A stretch of 64,000 nt of DNA, taken from Nostoc sp. (GTDB taxonomy: Bacteria > Cyanobacteriota > Cyanobacteriia > Cyanobacteriales > Nostocaceae). Below are positions 29,499 through 41,029 of the stretch, one piece after another. The notes beneath the pieces were generated by a model. It did no database searches, was not told the DNA's origin, and worked only from the letters and a program-made list of their open reading frames with translations. How positions within the stretch are numbered: the stretch's first letter is position 1; each line of letters opens with the position of its first letter. The stretch spans positions 32,001-96,000 of the forward strand of contig JBALDB010000038.1 of NCBI GenBank assembly GCA_036918135.1, read 5' to 3'. Made by a program: the position numbers and the translations under genes.

Positions 29499-30032
29499 CT
29501 AGCGCAAGAGAGCGGTTCCATTGAGTGCGAAAGTTTCGTATGATTGAAATTGTCCAAATATTGGTCTTCGGATCAATCCTGATGTTTTTTCGGTAGTGAG
29601 AATTGCCTGAGTTTGGACAGTAGTTTTTTTATCACCAATCGGTAGATTAATAGTGGGTAACAGAAAGCTGAATCTAACTATATTTCCTCCCAGTTCTGGG
29701 TTTGGCTTGCTGAGAATGACCGTAATAAGCGTGCCAATATCAGTGGTTAATGTCTTAATTTCATCGCCACTAAAACGAATGGAAGTATTTTGAGTTCTGT
29801 AATCAAGCTGTGGAATTTCGTTGAGGATAGAATATTTAATCTCAGTACCTTTGCCTTTAAGTTCAAACTCATTCGGTTGTTGCACAACAATTGCTTGTGC
29901 TTTTTTTGTAGATTTGGTCATTAAAAAAGATAACAGTGATGTTGTGGTTAAGCCAGTCACAAAGGTGAGAGCAGTTTTAAGAATTTGACGGCGCTTAGGA
30001 CTGTTCGAGATATCTTCTAATTTAGGTTCCAT
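29499..30032 (-). CDS. Hypothetical exported beta-rich protein with twin-arginine-like signal
   Basis: KRRQILK followed by a hydrophobic stretch and AQA; beta-strand-rich mature part. Confidence 0.75.
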   Translation of the reverse strand: MEPKLEDISNSPKRRQILKTALTFVTGLTTTSLLSFLMTKSTKKAQAIVVQQPNEFELKGKGTEIKYSILNEIPQLDYRTQNTSIRFSGDEIKTLTTDIGTLITVILSKPNPELGGNIVRFSFLLPTINLPIGDKKTTVQTQAILTTEKTSGLIRRPIFGQFQSYETFALNGTALLR

Positions 30033-30345
30033 GATTGAGAAATTTCCGAATTTTCTAAATCTTTATATACAATTATCCCAGTAAATTCTAGGACAAAAGT
30101 AACAAATTATTAAACAAGGTTTAACAAGAAGCCAAAGATATTGCTCTGGCATCAAACACGACTTCTCCAGTAGATTCGCGCTCTAAGGTGAATGCCAGGG
30201 GTTAATAGAGCTTCTAAATGCTTAGCGATCGCTTGCTGTTGACTAAAAAAATGCCAGCGAATACCTACGGCTGATGGGCATGGCTTTGAAGCAAATAGCC
30301 ACCGCTATGAACAACTAAGTTTTAACACAGTCGAACTCAAAACCT

Positions 30346-32715
30346 TTACGGGAGTTGACTAGCTGCTAATGCGTTCTGGAGCTGATCGAGCATTCCCGAT
30401 GCCGACCCCGGAAGCGGAGTGAACCACCTTTGATGTTCCACAGCCTCGCTTGGCTGAGCAATGGCCTCGAAGGTGATACCATGCTTAGTGCAAAATGTAT
30501 TGATATTGTTCTGCACATTCGCTCCTACTGACGGTGCTACAGAAATTTTCTCTACGTCCTTACTGATGTCAAGTTCTCCAAATATCTGCACTTCAAAACA
30601 CTGTACGTCTGAACTTACTAGCTTCTGGGTAATTAATGAATTTATGACATGTTTAACTACAACATCCCTTTTAGTCGCTTTCATCCCAGTTTGACTTTGT
30701 GCTGCGTCGTCGCCTAGTAGAAAGTCACAGAAGGCTAAGTAGATGTCTCGCCGTGGCTTGCCGTGATCTGTAGCAGTGTAAACCAACCGCTCGGCGATAT
30801 TTCCCTGTCTGAGTACAAAGTGGGTGTCGCCGTAGGAGTTTTTACCGTACTCAGCTGCATTGTTCCTTCCAAAAAGCCCTTGCGTAGGTTGACTAGTACT
30901 GTGGGCTAACCAGTTCATATTGACGGCAGCAAACGATGGTAGTTCGGTATCGCCCAAGCCCAAATTACCAGTCATTCTTTGATCTTTCCAGTTGCGGAAT
31001 CGACCGTAATTCTTTCCTCTCTCTTGTCCAGTGGTGTCATTATAATCACCCAAATAATTGATAGAATCTAGGTGGCTTAACTGGGAGGATTTTTTTCTTT
31101 TCTTGTTTAAGAGATTATAGTAGTCTGCGGTATTCCTGCGTGACGAACCCGGCTGATAAATTGTGCTGCTTGGGTCGCCTCGATCGAACCATTCAGCTCC
31201 CCTGACTGTAACGGTAATAGGCAGGTCTTGTAGTCCATTTTTGATTTGTGCAACCAAGTTGGTAGCACTATTATCATCAAGCCTGAATAGAGACTTCAGC
31301 TTGGTGATAACTGGGTCATCATTCCAATTAAGCCTTAATTCCTCTTCCTGTTGCTCAATTTCATTCAAATGAGCGCTTTGCTTACTAGTAAGTTTCTGCT
31401 CCTCACCCCCTTGTCGGCTCCAAGTGCGTGTATTGGGATCGTAGTCACGAAGATTGGTTCTGATGACAGCAGCCTCTAGAGCGTCCAACTTCTGAGTGGC
31501 ATCAGCTGTAAAATTAAGCGTATTGCGATCGCCGCTTGGTGGCTGAACCCACTGAGCGATACCGCCAGGGAAAAGCTTTTCGAGATAAGCTACCGATATC
31601 TCACCTGTGGCCTCCTTGACACTGAAATTTCCTGCTATATTTCCGGTGTCCTGTCGATTTTTTACATCATCTTTCTGGTAGGTAGCCATCTCGATTTCAA
31701 AGCGCTGACGTAGTAAATCTAAGAAATCGTTAGGCTGCTTGCCAACAGAACGTGCCATCATTCGCACTCGTATAGCAGCCGCATCAAGGCGCAATTCGTT
31801 GTGCATGTAGAGGCTAACTGGGTCGTCAGCAGTTAAAGCTGTAGCTAGTTTGAGTACATCTTGCTGACGATCCATTTTCTTGAGTTTGGACTCGATCTCG
31901 CTTCGGTATAGCTCCATCAGCTTCATAGTCAGCTCAGGGGTGAGGGCGGGGTCGTTGAGTTCGTTGACAGCAATTACTCTGGCTACCCCTTCCAACACAA
32001 CAGCAACTGATATAGCTTGGTTAACAGTGCTGTCGTTGCCCTTAAGGTTGTTGTTATACTGGGCGAGTACGTTCTCTACATGCTGACGCATAGTTTCTAC
32101 GTTGTCAGCCGTGTCCTGGTTATCACGACGTAGATGCTGTGTTTGTTTGAGCTTGTTTTTGACGAAGGAAATAGAACTGAGAGCTTTGAGGATATCATTT
32201 GAATTGAGTTGTTTGCGCTGTATAGTACCAGAGCCGATGCGCTGCTGAATCTGAGGTGGTTGACCTGTTAACGGCTGTGGTTGCCGCTGAAGTTGGTTGC
32301 TTTTTGACTGATGTGCTATCTTATCTGCTTCTTGCTTAGACTTATCCCCTGGTCGCGCAACAGTCAACTTTGTCTGAATTGGTAGTGCTGTATCTGGTCG
32401 ATGAATTGGAATATTCGCAATATTATGACTAGGAGGGGTTTTTTGTCCTGCCCAAAATGCATCCATCTTGGCTTGTAATAGCTGTAGGCGTTCCTGTCCT
32501 TCGGGGGTAATCGTGCCATACTTCGCCTGTATCTCTAGTTTAGTTGCCTCCATTTGCTGCTGTTTAAAAGCATGATTTTCTATATCTATTTGTGTATCAG
32601 GTGCAACTGATGCTTTTGGGGGTTGGCTAGTGAAGGGTCTATACGATAACTGAGTGTGTGAGTTTGGTGCTAGAGAATTGGAATAGATGGATGAATGAGT
32701 TTTTTGCGATTTCAT
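30346..32715 (-). CDS. DUF4157/eCIS-effector-like protein lacking the DUF4157 core, with a DUF3626-like C-terminal domain
   Basis: N-terminal IQAKYGTITPEGQERL, PIQTKLTVARPGDKSKQEADKIA and IQRK motifs; C-terminal PSFAAVN, YGDTHFVL, EVQIFGELDISKDVEKI. Confidence 0.7.
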   Translation of the reverse strand: MKSQKTHSSIYSNSLAPNSHTQLSYRPFTSQPPKASVAPDTQIDIENHAFKQQQMEATKLEIQAKYGTITPEGQERLQLLQAKMDAFWAGQKTPPSHNIANIPIHRPDTALPIQTKLTVARPGDKSKQEADKIAHQSKSNQLQRQPQPLTGQPPQIQQRIGSGTIQRKQLNSNDILKALSSISFVKNKLKQTQHLRRDNQDTADNVETMRQHVENVLAQYNNNLKGNDSTVNQAISVAVVLEGVARVIAVNELNDPALTPELTMKLMELYRSEIESKLKKMDRQQDVLKLATALTADDPVSLYMHNELRLDAAAIRVRMMARSVGKQPNDFLDLLRQRFEIEMATYQKDDVKNRQDTGNIAGNFSVKEATGEISVAYLEKLFPGGIAQWVQPPSGDRNTLNFTADATQKLDALEAAVIRTNLRDYDPNTRTWSRQGGEEQKLTSKQSAHLNEIEQQEEELRLNWNDDPVITKLKSLFRLDDNSATNLVAQIKNGLQDLPITVTVRGAEWFDRGDPSSTIYQPGSSRRNTADYYNLLNKKRKKSSQLSHLDSINYLGDYNDTTGQERGKNYGRFRNWKDQRMTGNLGLGDTELPSFAAVNMNWLAHSTSQPTQGLFGRNNAAEYGKNSYGDTHFVLRQGNIAERLVYTATDHGKPRRDIYLAFCDFLLGDDAAQSQTGMKATKRDVVVKHVINSLITQKLVSSDVQCFEVQIFGELDISKDVEKISVAPSVGANVQNNINTFCTKHGITFEAIAQPSEAVEHQRWFTPLPGSASGMLDQLQNALAASQLP

Positions 32716-33054
32716 GTTTGTTTTTACCAGTTCAATATTTGCAAATGCACTTGGTATCTATTACTGATGTTGGGTAATCAGGAATGGAAAATAGGGAATA
32801 GATAAGAAAACACAACTGTTCACCTCTTGGCAATTACCTTTTTCCCAATTACCAAAAAGACGAGTTTGATGAATATATTTAAAATAGAAAACACATTGAT
32901 GCAGACAAGATATAACTTGACTTCATATATTTATGGGTGTGAGCAAATCAATATTATGCAGTCAGTAAGAAAAATTTTTGATGTTATACTTATACTGTAT
33001 GATCTGCTTTTACCATTACTGCATACGTTCTACAGCAGCCGCAAATTCTTAATA

Positions 33055-33927
33055 TTACAAATACTTCCGCAACAATAACTCCAATTTTTCTTTCGTTGCT
33101 GCTGGTGCTTTATCCAATTGAGTCAAAATCGCATGTTGCAACGCCGAATGCGCCTGACTCGGTGGTGGATTTTCACTCAAGCGCCGCACAGTTTCTTGAA
33201 TCACCCTTTGAGCATTCACCGCATTCCGCAGCAAATTGCTAATCACTATGTCTACCGTCACAGTGTCATGCTCTGCATACCAACAATCGTAATCTGTCAC
33301 CAGCGCTAAAGTTGCATAGGCAATTTCCGCTTCCCTAGCCAATTTTGCCTCTGGTAAATTAGTCATGCCAATGATTGTTGCACCCCAACTGCGGTAAAGA
33401 TTCGATTCTGCTTTAGTGGAAAATGCTGGCCCTTCCATGCATACATAAGTACCGCCGCGATGGAGAGTGACTTCTGGTAAATTCAGAGAAGCGATCGCAT
33501 CTGCCAATACACTAGCTAAGTTCTGGCAAATCGGCTCGCCAAAGGCAATGTGAACCACAATTCCTTCACCGAAAAATGTTGAAATTCGATTTTTTGTTCT
33601 GTCAATAAACTGATCTGGCACTACCATATCTAATGGTTTAGCCTCTGCTTTTAAGGAACCCACAGCACTAGCGGAAATTAAATACTCCACACCTAATTGC
33701 TTCATCGCATAGATATTAGCCCGAAACGGTAACTCAGAAGGTAAAAGCGTGTGATTGCGGCCATGACGCGCCAAAAAAGCTACTCGTGTCTCCTCCAAAG
33801 TCCCTATAATCAAAGCATCAGATGGCGAACCAAAAGGAGTCTCAACTTGCACCTCTTCGACATCTTTGAGTGCATCCATTTTATACAGACCGCTGCCACC
33901 AATAATTCCAATACTAGCTTGAGCCAT
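33055..33927 (-). CDS. mtnP: S-methyl-5'-thioadenosine phosphorylase
   Basis: GIIGGSG, ARHGRNH, EGPAFST, GMTNLPE, VTDYDCW. Confidence 0.95.
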   Translation of the reverse strand: MAQASIGIIGGSGLYKMDALKDVEEVQVETPFGSPSDALIIGTLEETRVAFLARHGRNHTLLPSELPFRANIYAMKQLGVEYLISASAVGSLKAEAKPLDMVVPDQFIDRTKNRISTFFGEGIVVHIAFGEPICQNLASVLADAIASLNLPEVTLHRGGTYVCMEGPAFSTKAESNLYRSWGATIIGMTNLPEAKLAREAEIAYATLALVTDYDCWYAEHDTVTVDIVISNLLRNAVNAQRVIQETVRRLSENPPPSQAHSALQHAILTQLDKAPAATKEKLELLLRKYL

Positions 33928-34228
33928 GACACTGAACCTTTCGCTTGCTGAGCTGCTAAGTTATTTTACTAGATGGTCGGTTTAACTAATGTTGAAAGAT
34001 GACGGTTGACCATTAATCAGTAATTCGTAGTTTATGATACAAGCTCCTAGCTTAGCTGCAAAGATTTAAGAATTGAGGGACTGATAATAAAAAATATCCC
34101 AAATTTTCTTATGGGATGGGTGTTCTATCCATCCTATATTCAGGGCGGGCAAGATGCCCACCCCACAATAGGGATAATATATTTTCTGGAAGTCCCCAAT
34201 TACGAATTATTTTGACTAGTAAGTATGG

Positions 34229-34326
34229 TATAGCAAGCGAATTAAAGGTTAGGACATCTTGAGAGCGTAGATGTTAGGAATAGTAATGTTTTACCTCCTG
34301 CCTCCTGCCTTTTGCCTCCTGCTATA
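34229..34326. mobile_element. TATAGC...GCTATA MITE-like element, copy 2
   Basis: Same termini and internal GGTTAGGACAT and TTTTACCTCCTGCC blocks. Confidence 0.7.
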
Positions 34327-34339
34327 TCAGTAGGACTTA

Positions 34340-36445
34340 CTAGAATACTTTTCGGGCTTCTAGATGGGCAAGGATATCCGAGCGATCGCGCCACACAGGA
34401 CGCAATTTTTTGTTGGCGAACATGTTTAACTGGTCGCCAATGTGGGGCGAGCCGGGTTGAGTTGCATTGCCGTAGGTGGTAAGTGCCATTGCTCGTACAG
34501 GGTTAGAAAATTCGATCGCCGCAACATAGGAATCACCACCCTCGGATTTAAACTTGCCATCTGATTGCGGTGATGAAAAGACGTTTCGGAAGATACCAAG
34601 GGGATTTGGGCCACCATTAGCAGGTAAATCTATATTGGCATAACGTAGCCGAAAAACATCTCCCCAGGCCACATCCATAGCTCCATAGGTCTTTTGTATC
34701 TGTGCTGCTACTGCTTCAAGTGTTGCAACTGCACTTTCTGGCTGAGCTAAACCATCGGGTGTGGTACGTGGGGAGTTTTCATTCCAAGGTTGACTAAATG
34801 TCTTATCTAAGTTCAGCTCGTGAACCCAAAAGGCAAATAATACCGCTCCTCGACTATCTGCATTGGCTTGCCGATCCCAAGTTTCTAGAACACTTGCTGC
34901 TTTTTTTCCTAAATCCTTACCGTACTTGCGCGCAGCAGGAATTAAATCATCCAAAAGGCGATCGGCCATTTCCATCCGCGTCGAGTGCTTGTATGCAATC
35001 ATTTCATCAAAAGAAATTTTGTTATCCTCAGCCAACATTCTCACAGAACGTTGTGAGCGGAAATCCATGAAACGAGGTGCCATATAAGATGGGTAATTAT
35101 CTGCTTTGATCGCAGTTGGAAATGTAGTTGTCCAAGGTGGATCGTTAGTATTTTGCAACCAACCACTCTTAGGATCGACGATGCGTGGTAAATCTTTGTA
35201 TGGATGGATTTTTGTCCATAAAGTTTTAGATGTATCGCCAGGAATGATGCCTTGCCAATATGCAAAATCTCCTTGAGAACGTACTGGAACTTGCCCGTTG
35301 AATAGGTGCATAATATTGCCTTCTCTATCGGCATACATCACCGTAAACATCGATAGTTGCAAGCGCTTGAGTACGGTTTCAAACTGGCTGAGGTTTTTTG
35401 CTCGTGCCATGTCCCACCACTGCTGGAGTACACCTGGTCTATCAAGACCGGCAACTCTTAGTGCTAAGGTTTGACCATCTTTCTCGACTACCACAGGCCC
35501 GTGGACAGAACTTTTGACTACTAATCGTTGTTCTTGCAAAGAGCCATCTTCCTGCTTCACCTTTAACGATAAGGTTTTGACCAGGAATTTCTCAACTTTG
35601 CCATCAAAGCGGTAGCCATTATCTGCGAGTGTGAGTGCATACAAGTCCCAACCATCGTAGGTATTAACGGTGTGAGTCCAGCCTAAGTTATTGTTAAAAG
35701 CGATCGCCAATACGGGAACACCCACAAGTGTTGCTCCATAAGCATCAATTCCCGGTGTAGTGATTTGAGCTTCGTACCACAAAAATAAATCTGACCAAGG
35801 TAGATGGGGATTTGCTAGTAACATCGCGTGCCCACCAGCCGAATGAGTTGGTGCGATCGCCCAACCATTAGAACCTACTGGCGACTTTTGTTTGTTTAAG
35901 TTAGATACTGACTCCGGATCGACTACAAAAGTGAAATTGAGTACCCGATGTAAGTGAGCTATGACATCTTCTCCGTTGACTGGTAGCACTGCCTTAACGC
36001 GATCGTCAATCAACTTCGGATTTTGAGAAGTATAAGCATTGATCCCAGATGCAAAAGCATCTAGATACTTGCGAAAAGTTGGATTCTGTGCCTCGTACCA
36101 ACTACGAGCGCGTTCCGGTACTCCCATAGTTAGTACCCAACGGTCTGAGTCTAAATATTCTTTTCCCCAGTATTCGGCTGCGCGTCCCCGTGCTTGACCG
36201 TAGAGACGCAAAAGCAAATCTCCATGACTTTGCATTTGTGCCCAACCAAAGGCATAAAATGCACTCTGGTCATCTTTTCCGTAAATATGCGGTATACCGT
36301 ATGTATCCCATAATATTTCTGTAGATTTTGTTGGTACAGCTACAGTCTGGCTGCCGATAAACAAAACCAATATTAAACTGAGTATAAAAGGTAAAAAGCG
36401 TAGTGATTTTCTTCTGTAAACCTTGAGTAAAATATCAATCCTCAT
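34340..36445 (-). CDS. Penicillin acylase family Ntn-hydrolase (AHL/GL-7-ACA acylase-like), exported
   Basis: [16 protein letters not shown] (beta-chain Ser nucleophile), LLANPHLPW, signal peptide. Likely start 36445 (ORF extends to 36565 through repeats). Confidence 0.92.
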   Translation of the reverse strand: MRIDILLKVYRRKSLRFLPFILSLILVLFIGSQTVAVPTKSTEILWDTYGIPHIYGKDDQSAFYAFGWAQMQSHGDLLLRLYGQARGRAAEYWGKEYLDSDRWVLTMGVPERARSWYEAQNPTFRKYLDAFASGINAYTSQNPKLIDDRVKAVLPVNGEDVIAHLHRVLNFTFVVDPESVSNLNKQKSPVGSNGWAIAPTHSAGGHAMLLANPHLPWSDLFLWYEAQITTPGIDAYGATLVGVPVLAIAFNNNLGWTHTVNTYDGWDLYALTLADNGYRFDGKVEKFLVKTLSLKVKQEDGSLQEQRLVVKSSVHGPVVVEKDGQTLALRVAGLDRPGVLQQWWDMARAKNLSQFETVLKRLQLSMFTVMYADREGNIMHLFNGQVPVRSQGDFAYWQGIIPGDTSKTLWTKIHPYKDLPRIVDPKSGWLQNTNDPPWTTTFPTAIKADNYPSYMAPRFMDFRSQRSVRMLAEDNKISFDEMIAYKHSTRMEMADRLLDDLIPAARKYGKDLGKKAASVLETWDRQANADSRGAVLFAFWVHELNLDKTFSQPWNENSPRTTPDGLAQPESAVATLEAVAAQIQKTYGAMDVAWGDVFRLRYANIDLPANGGPNPLGIFRNVFSSPQSDGKFKSEGGDSYVAAIEFSNPVRAMALTTYGNATQPGSPHIGDQLNMFANKKLRPVWRDRSDILAHLEARKVF

Positions 36446-36876
36446 TAACACCACCGTAGATATAACGTCTATGTGAGGGATTGGGTGTGGGGCATCGGGC
36501 ATTCTGAGGCTGGGGAGATGGGGTGGTCGGATGAAATTCTCTCCCCCATCTGTCCATCTCCCCATTGCCCCATCTCCCCATTCCTTACTACTTTTTTCAA
36601 GTTAGATTCAGGTCGATCTAAACAATACCAGTTTGTTGAGAAAATATATCAAAACTTTTTGAGTATTTTATTCCTTTAAAAAATAGTAAAATAGTTGTAT
36701 CATAATATGATATATACATTATAATCAATAAAAATTATCAATTAATGATTATAAAGTTACTAAATATTGAGAAGTAGAAATTTTTAATCTTTATCATTTA
36801 TTTGAAGCACAATCCCCTCTAGGGATATACAGCTAGCTATGCATAGGTGTTAAGTTCTTATAATGTTCGACAAATC

Positions 36877-37038
36877 ATATCAAGTTCGGCTAATTACTTA
36901 CAATATGTTGGTGTTGCTGGTAATTGGTAATAGGTCATTGGAAATTGGGGAAGAGGGAAGAGTTAAACTGTATTTTTATTCCCCATTACCCATTACCAAC
37001 CCTCACAGATATCATAAGTATTCAACCGGACATGATAT
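36877..37038. mobile_element. MITE-like element with ~24-bp imperfect TIRs (ATATCAAGTTCGGCTAATTACTTA / TAAGTATTCAACCGGACATGATAT)
   Basis: Inverted ends. Related single ends occur near 19470-19490, 23945, 42810 and 59425-59447. Confidence 0.6.
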
Positions 37039-37175
37039 CACTCGTAATATCTCCGAAGCGAGTGAAACGACGCAATCACAAAATTTTCACGATTGCTTTG
37101 CTACGGTTGCAATGACGGTTATTTGAGCATATTCATTGCATAATCTACTTGTGAGATTCGTTTAGAGCTGACTGT

Positions 37176-37260
37176 TATAGCCGTAGTCACACCCTTTAGG
37201 ACATAATGAGAAGCGTGAATTTTAGGAACAGTATAGTTTTACCTCCTGCCTCCTGCTATA
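37176..37260. mobile_element. TATAGC...GCTATA MITE-like element, copy 3
   Basis: Sits at the centre of the palindrome TGACTGT-TA-ACAGTCA, consistent with a TA duplication. Confidence 0.75.
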
Positions 37261-37610
37261 ACAGTCAACTGTCATCGGTCAATAGCCAACAAAAAATATA
37301 TGCTTTCTTAAATATGTAACAGCTTTTCTTATAGGATTGGTTTTGGCAGTTTCTAGAGCGTTAATGCAAAGCTTCAAAGATTTTGAGTATTTAGTTGGGT
37401 ACAGCAGTAGCAGTGGTTGTAGCGACTTTTGTGTTTGCTAGCGCATCGATAGAATGTTCATACAATTGTAGTATCTTTGGGAACAGGAGCCACGACAATA
37501 TTGAGTTGGACATCTTGTCCGCCCTTGGTTATGGGCGGGTGAGACGCCCCGAAGTTCAGAACTTAGGAATCTAAATGGCAATTCGCAAATTAACCTCTAC
37601 ATATGCATCG

Positions 37611-37829
37611 CTACTCTTGGCTAAAGTCGCTCAATTCATCAATTGGTTGATCGAGTGTTTCGGGTACTAAAGCTGGGTTATTTCTGCGTTCTTGTGGTGA
37701 TTGCTCGCGAATCGCATCGTCTATTGAAGGAGGGTGTTTAATTTTGTCAAGTACCTCCGGACTTAATTCTGATGCATCGCTTTCTGGATTCATTTTTTCA
37801 GCTTGACTAGGAACTGTTTCCTTATTCAT
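37611..37829 (-). CDS. Small acidic hypothetical protein (72 aa)
   Basis: ATG MNKETVPSQ... with hydrophilic protein-like composition. Confidence 0.6.
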   Translation of the reverse strand: MNKETVPSQAEKMNPESDASELSPEVLDKIKHPPSIDDAIREQSPQERRNNPALVPETLDQPIDELSDFSQE

Positions 37830-37979
37830 AATTATTTTTCCAAACTTACACTTCAAGCTTAAATTCTTTAGCTGCAAGGCATACACTACCTTGAGGCTTA
37901 AATTGCTGTTTCTACACAGCGTAAGGTAAATGAGATTGATGATTTTACAAATTGCGATCGCCAGTTATCGGCGTGGTAG

Positions 37980-38104
37980 CAATACAGTTCGGATAAGCAT
38001 TTTGAACTCAGAATTTGGTTTGGGGAAAAGGTTACTGGGTTTGGGTTAAAGGTTTTTTCTTCCCCCTTCCCCTTTCCCCTTTTCCCTTTAACCGAACCGT
38101 ATTG
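37980..38104. mobile_element. MITE with CAATACRGTTCGG terminal inverted repeats and a perfect 10-bp target-site duplication
   Basis: GGCGTGGTAG at 37970-37979 and 38105-38114; ends CAATACAGTTCGGATAAG / TTTAACCGAACCGTATTG. Confidence 0.88.
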
Positions 38105-38440
38105 GGCGTGGTAGCAGGATAGATGCTTATAAGCATTTTTCCTAACCGCGATCCATTTAACTATTTTTTCTCTTAATTTACATAAATTTAATTTAAATTC
38201 AGTAAATTTACTTAAATAATTTTGAAATTTACTTCTTTCTGCTTCCTACTCTTTATCTTTCCTGAGTAAATTATTATGCATTTTTTACACTGAATACTTG
38301 AGTCAGCTATCCAGCAGGAAAAGGCAATACATGCTAGAATTATATCAGAATATGGCAATTATTCAAGAGCAATTTAGAATAATTTGGTGCTGTGTTGATT
38401 AAAAAAGCTAAAATCTACGATTTTTGGAGATTTTTAGGTT

Positions 38441-41029
38441 ATGACAACCTCACAGGAGAGGATTATCCCGACAGACTTGCGAAACGAAATGTCGCAGTCT
38501 TATCTGGAATACGCCATGAGCGTGATAGTGGGTCGGGCGCTGCCAGATGCGAGGGATGGTCTAAAACCTGTGCATCGTCGCATTCTTTATGCAATGCACG
38601 AGCTAGGTTTGCTGCACGATCGCCCGTTTAAGAAATGTGCCCGTGTGGTAGGGGAAGTGTTGGGTAAATATCACCCCCACGGCGACACGGCTGTGTATGA
38701 TGCCTTGGTGCGGATGGCGCAGGATTTTTCCATGCGATCGCCTTTAGTTGACGGACATGGTAACTTCGGTTCGGTGGACAACGATCCCCCGGCGGCAATG
38801 CGGTATACAGAATGCCGTTTGAAAGCTTTAACTAGTGCTGGTCTACTGCACGACATCGAATCGGAAACCGTAGACTTCGCCGATAACTTCGACGGTTCCC
38901 AGCAAGAACCAACAGTGCTACCAGCCAGGATTCCCCAATTGCTGCTCAATGGTTCCTCTGGAATTGCTGTGGGCATGGCAACCAACATTCCACCCCACAA
39001 CTTGGGCGAATTAATTGACGGCTTGGTGGCACTGATTCACAATCCAGAAATCACCGATATAGAATTAATGCAGTATGTCCACGGCCCCGACTTTCCTACC
39101 GGGGCACAAGTTTTAGGGACAGCTGCAATTCGGGAAGCTTACACCACCGGACGTGGTTCCATTACCATGCGCGGCGTAGCGAGTATTGAAACCATCGAAC
39201 AGCGGGGACGCCCAGATCGAGAAGCAATTATCATCACCGAATTGCCCTATCAAACCAACAAAGCGGCGCTGATTGAAAAAATCGCCGAAATGGTGAACGA
39301 AAAGCGGCTAGAGGGCATCGCAGATATCCGAGATGAAAGCGATCGCGACGGAATGCGGGTTGTGATTGAACTCAAGCGTGATGCTTATCCCCGCGTTGTT
39401 CTAAACAATCTCTACAAACAAACGCCACTGCAAGCCAACTTCGGTGCAAACATGCTGGCGTTGGTGAATAGCGAACCCCTAGTACTCACCCTCAAGCAGT
39501 TCTTAAGCGTCTTCTTGGATTTCCGCATTGAATCCATTGTCAGACGCACTCGTTACGAACTGCGAAAAGCCGAGGAACGCGACCACATTTTACAAGGGTT
39601 ATTGATTGCCCTGTCCCACTTAGATGCAATTATTAATTTGATTCGGCATGCACCAGATGCACCCACAGCCAAAGGCGAATTAATTACAACTTACGGACTT
39701 TCGGAAGTGCAAGCAGATGCTATTTTGCAGATGCAATTACGGCGGTTGACTGCCTTGGAAGCAGACAAAATCCGTCTGGAACACGAAGAATTACAAGCCA
39801 AGATTGCCGACTTGCAAGATATTTTGGCACGACGGGAGAGGGTGCTGGAAATCATTGAAACCGAAGTCACCCAACTAAAAACTAGCTTCGCCACGCCCCG
39901 GCGGACGGTAATTTTACCAGGGGAAGGTGAGATAGATGAACGTGACTTAATTGCCAACGATAAAGCTGTAATTTTACTGACGGAGCAAGGCTACATTAAA
40001 CGGATGCCCGTCAACACCTTTGAAGCCCAAAGTCGTGCTACCAGAGGTAAAGCCGCAGCCAAAGTCAAAGATGATGACACCGTTGAGCATTTCTTAACTT
40101 GCTGCGACCACGATAGTGTTTTATTCTTTAGCGAACGTGGTGTAGTTTACTGCCTGAAAGCGTATCAAATTCCTGTGGGTTCTCGTACCAGTCGCGGTAC
40201 ACCCATCGTCCAAATGCTACCGATTCCCAAAGAAGAAAAAATCACTTCCATCGTCCCCGTTGACGAATTTAGCAACGAAGAATATTTGGTGATGCTTACC
40301 AAAGGCGGTAATATTAAGAAAACCGAATTGGCAGCCTTTAACCACATTCGCGCCAATGGCTTGATTGCCATTTCTTTAGAAGAAGGCGACCAACTCCGCT
40401 GGGTACGACGCGCCAGAGTAGAAGACAGCGTGATTATTGGTTCTCGTCAAGGAATGGCGATTCACTTTAGGTGCAACCACGAACAACTGCGTCCGTTAAG
40501 TCGGGCGACTCGTGGGGTGAAAGCCATGAAGTTGAAAAGTAAAGACGAATTGGTGGGTATGGATATTTTGCCTGCGGCAATTCTCGATACTTTGGATACA
40601 GTTACAGAAGCGGAAATCGAAGAAATCGAAACAGAAGAGATTGAAATTACTGAAGAGTCCGCAGAAGTACCTGGCAACGGCAGTGTCGGCCCTTGGGTAT
40701 TAGTAATAACAATGGGAGGATACGGTAAGCGCGTACCAGTCGCTCAATTCCGCCTGCAAAACCGTGCCGGTCAAGGTTTAATGGCAACCAAATTCAAAAA
40801 CCGTAAAACCAAAGACCAATTAGCAACCCTACGCATTGTCAACAACGATGATGATGAAATTATGATGGTCACCAATCGCGGTATTATTATCCGTCAAGCG
40901 GTGAATGCGATTTCCGTACAATCGCGATCGGCAACTGGGGTAAGAGTGCAGCGTTTAGATGAAGACGATGCTATTACCGGAGTGGCAGTAGTTCCACCTG
41001 ATAGTGGCGATGCGGAAGAAGCAGAGTAA
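38441..41029 (+). CDS. gyrA: DNA gyrase subunit A
   Basis: [21 protein letters not shown] catalytic Tyr, C-terminal pinwheel repeats. Confidence 0.96.
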   Translation: MTTSQERIIPTDLRNEMSQSYLEYAMSVIVGRALPDARDGLKPVHRRILYAMHELGLLHDRPFKKCARVVGEVLGKYHPHGDTAVYDALVRMAQDFSMRSPLVDGHGNFGSVDNDPPAAMRYTECRLKALTSAGLLHDIESETVDFADNFDGSQQEPTVLPARIPQLLLNGSSGIAVGMATNIPPHNLGELIDGLVALIHNPEITDIELMQYVHGPDFPTGAQVLGTAAIREAYTTGRGSITMRGVASIETIEQRGRPDREAIIITELPYQTNKAALIEKIAEMVNEKRLEGIADIRDESDRDGMRVVIELKRDAYPRVVLNNLYKQTPLQANFGANMLALVNSEPLVLTLKQFLSVFLDFRIESIVRRTRYELRKAEERDHILQGLLIALSHLDAIINLIRHAPDAPTAKGELITTYGLSEVQADAILQMQLRRLTALEADKIRLEHEELQAKIADLQDILARRERVLEIIETEVTQLKTSFATPRRTVILPGEGEIDERDLIANDKAVILLTEQGYIKRMPVNTFEAQSRATRGKAAAKVKDDDTVEHFLTCCDHDSVLFFSERGVVYCLKAYQIPVGSRTSRGTPIVQMLPIPKEEKITSIVPVDEFSNEEYLVMLTKGGNIKKTELAAFNHIRANGLIAISLEEGDQLRWVRRARVEDSVIIGSRQGMAIHFRCNHEQLRPLSRATRGVKAMKLKSKDELVGMDILPAAILDTLDTVTEAEIEEIETEEIEITEESAEVPGNGSVGPWVLVITMGGYGKRVPVAQFRLQNRAGQGLMATKFKNRKTKDQLATLRIVNNDDDEIMMVTNRGIIIRQAVNAISVQSRSATGVRVQRLDEDDAITGVAVVPPDSGDAEEAE

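Noticed and set aside
36446..37126. Extended acylase N-terminus and ORFs 36473-36679, 36863-37126 and 36924-37115
   Set aside because: They run through STRR and MITE sequence and look spurious.
40580..40690. Acidic insertion and QSRATRG box in GyrA as a novelty
   Set aside because: Such variants are, to my knowledge, usual in cyanobacterial GyrA.
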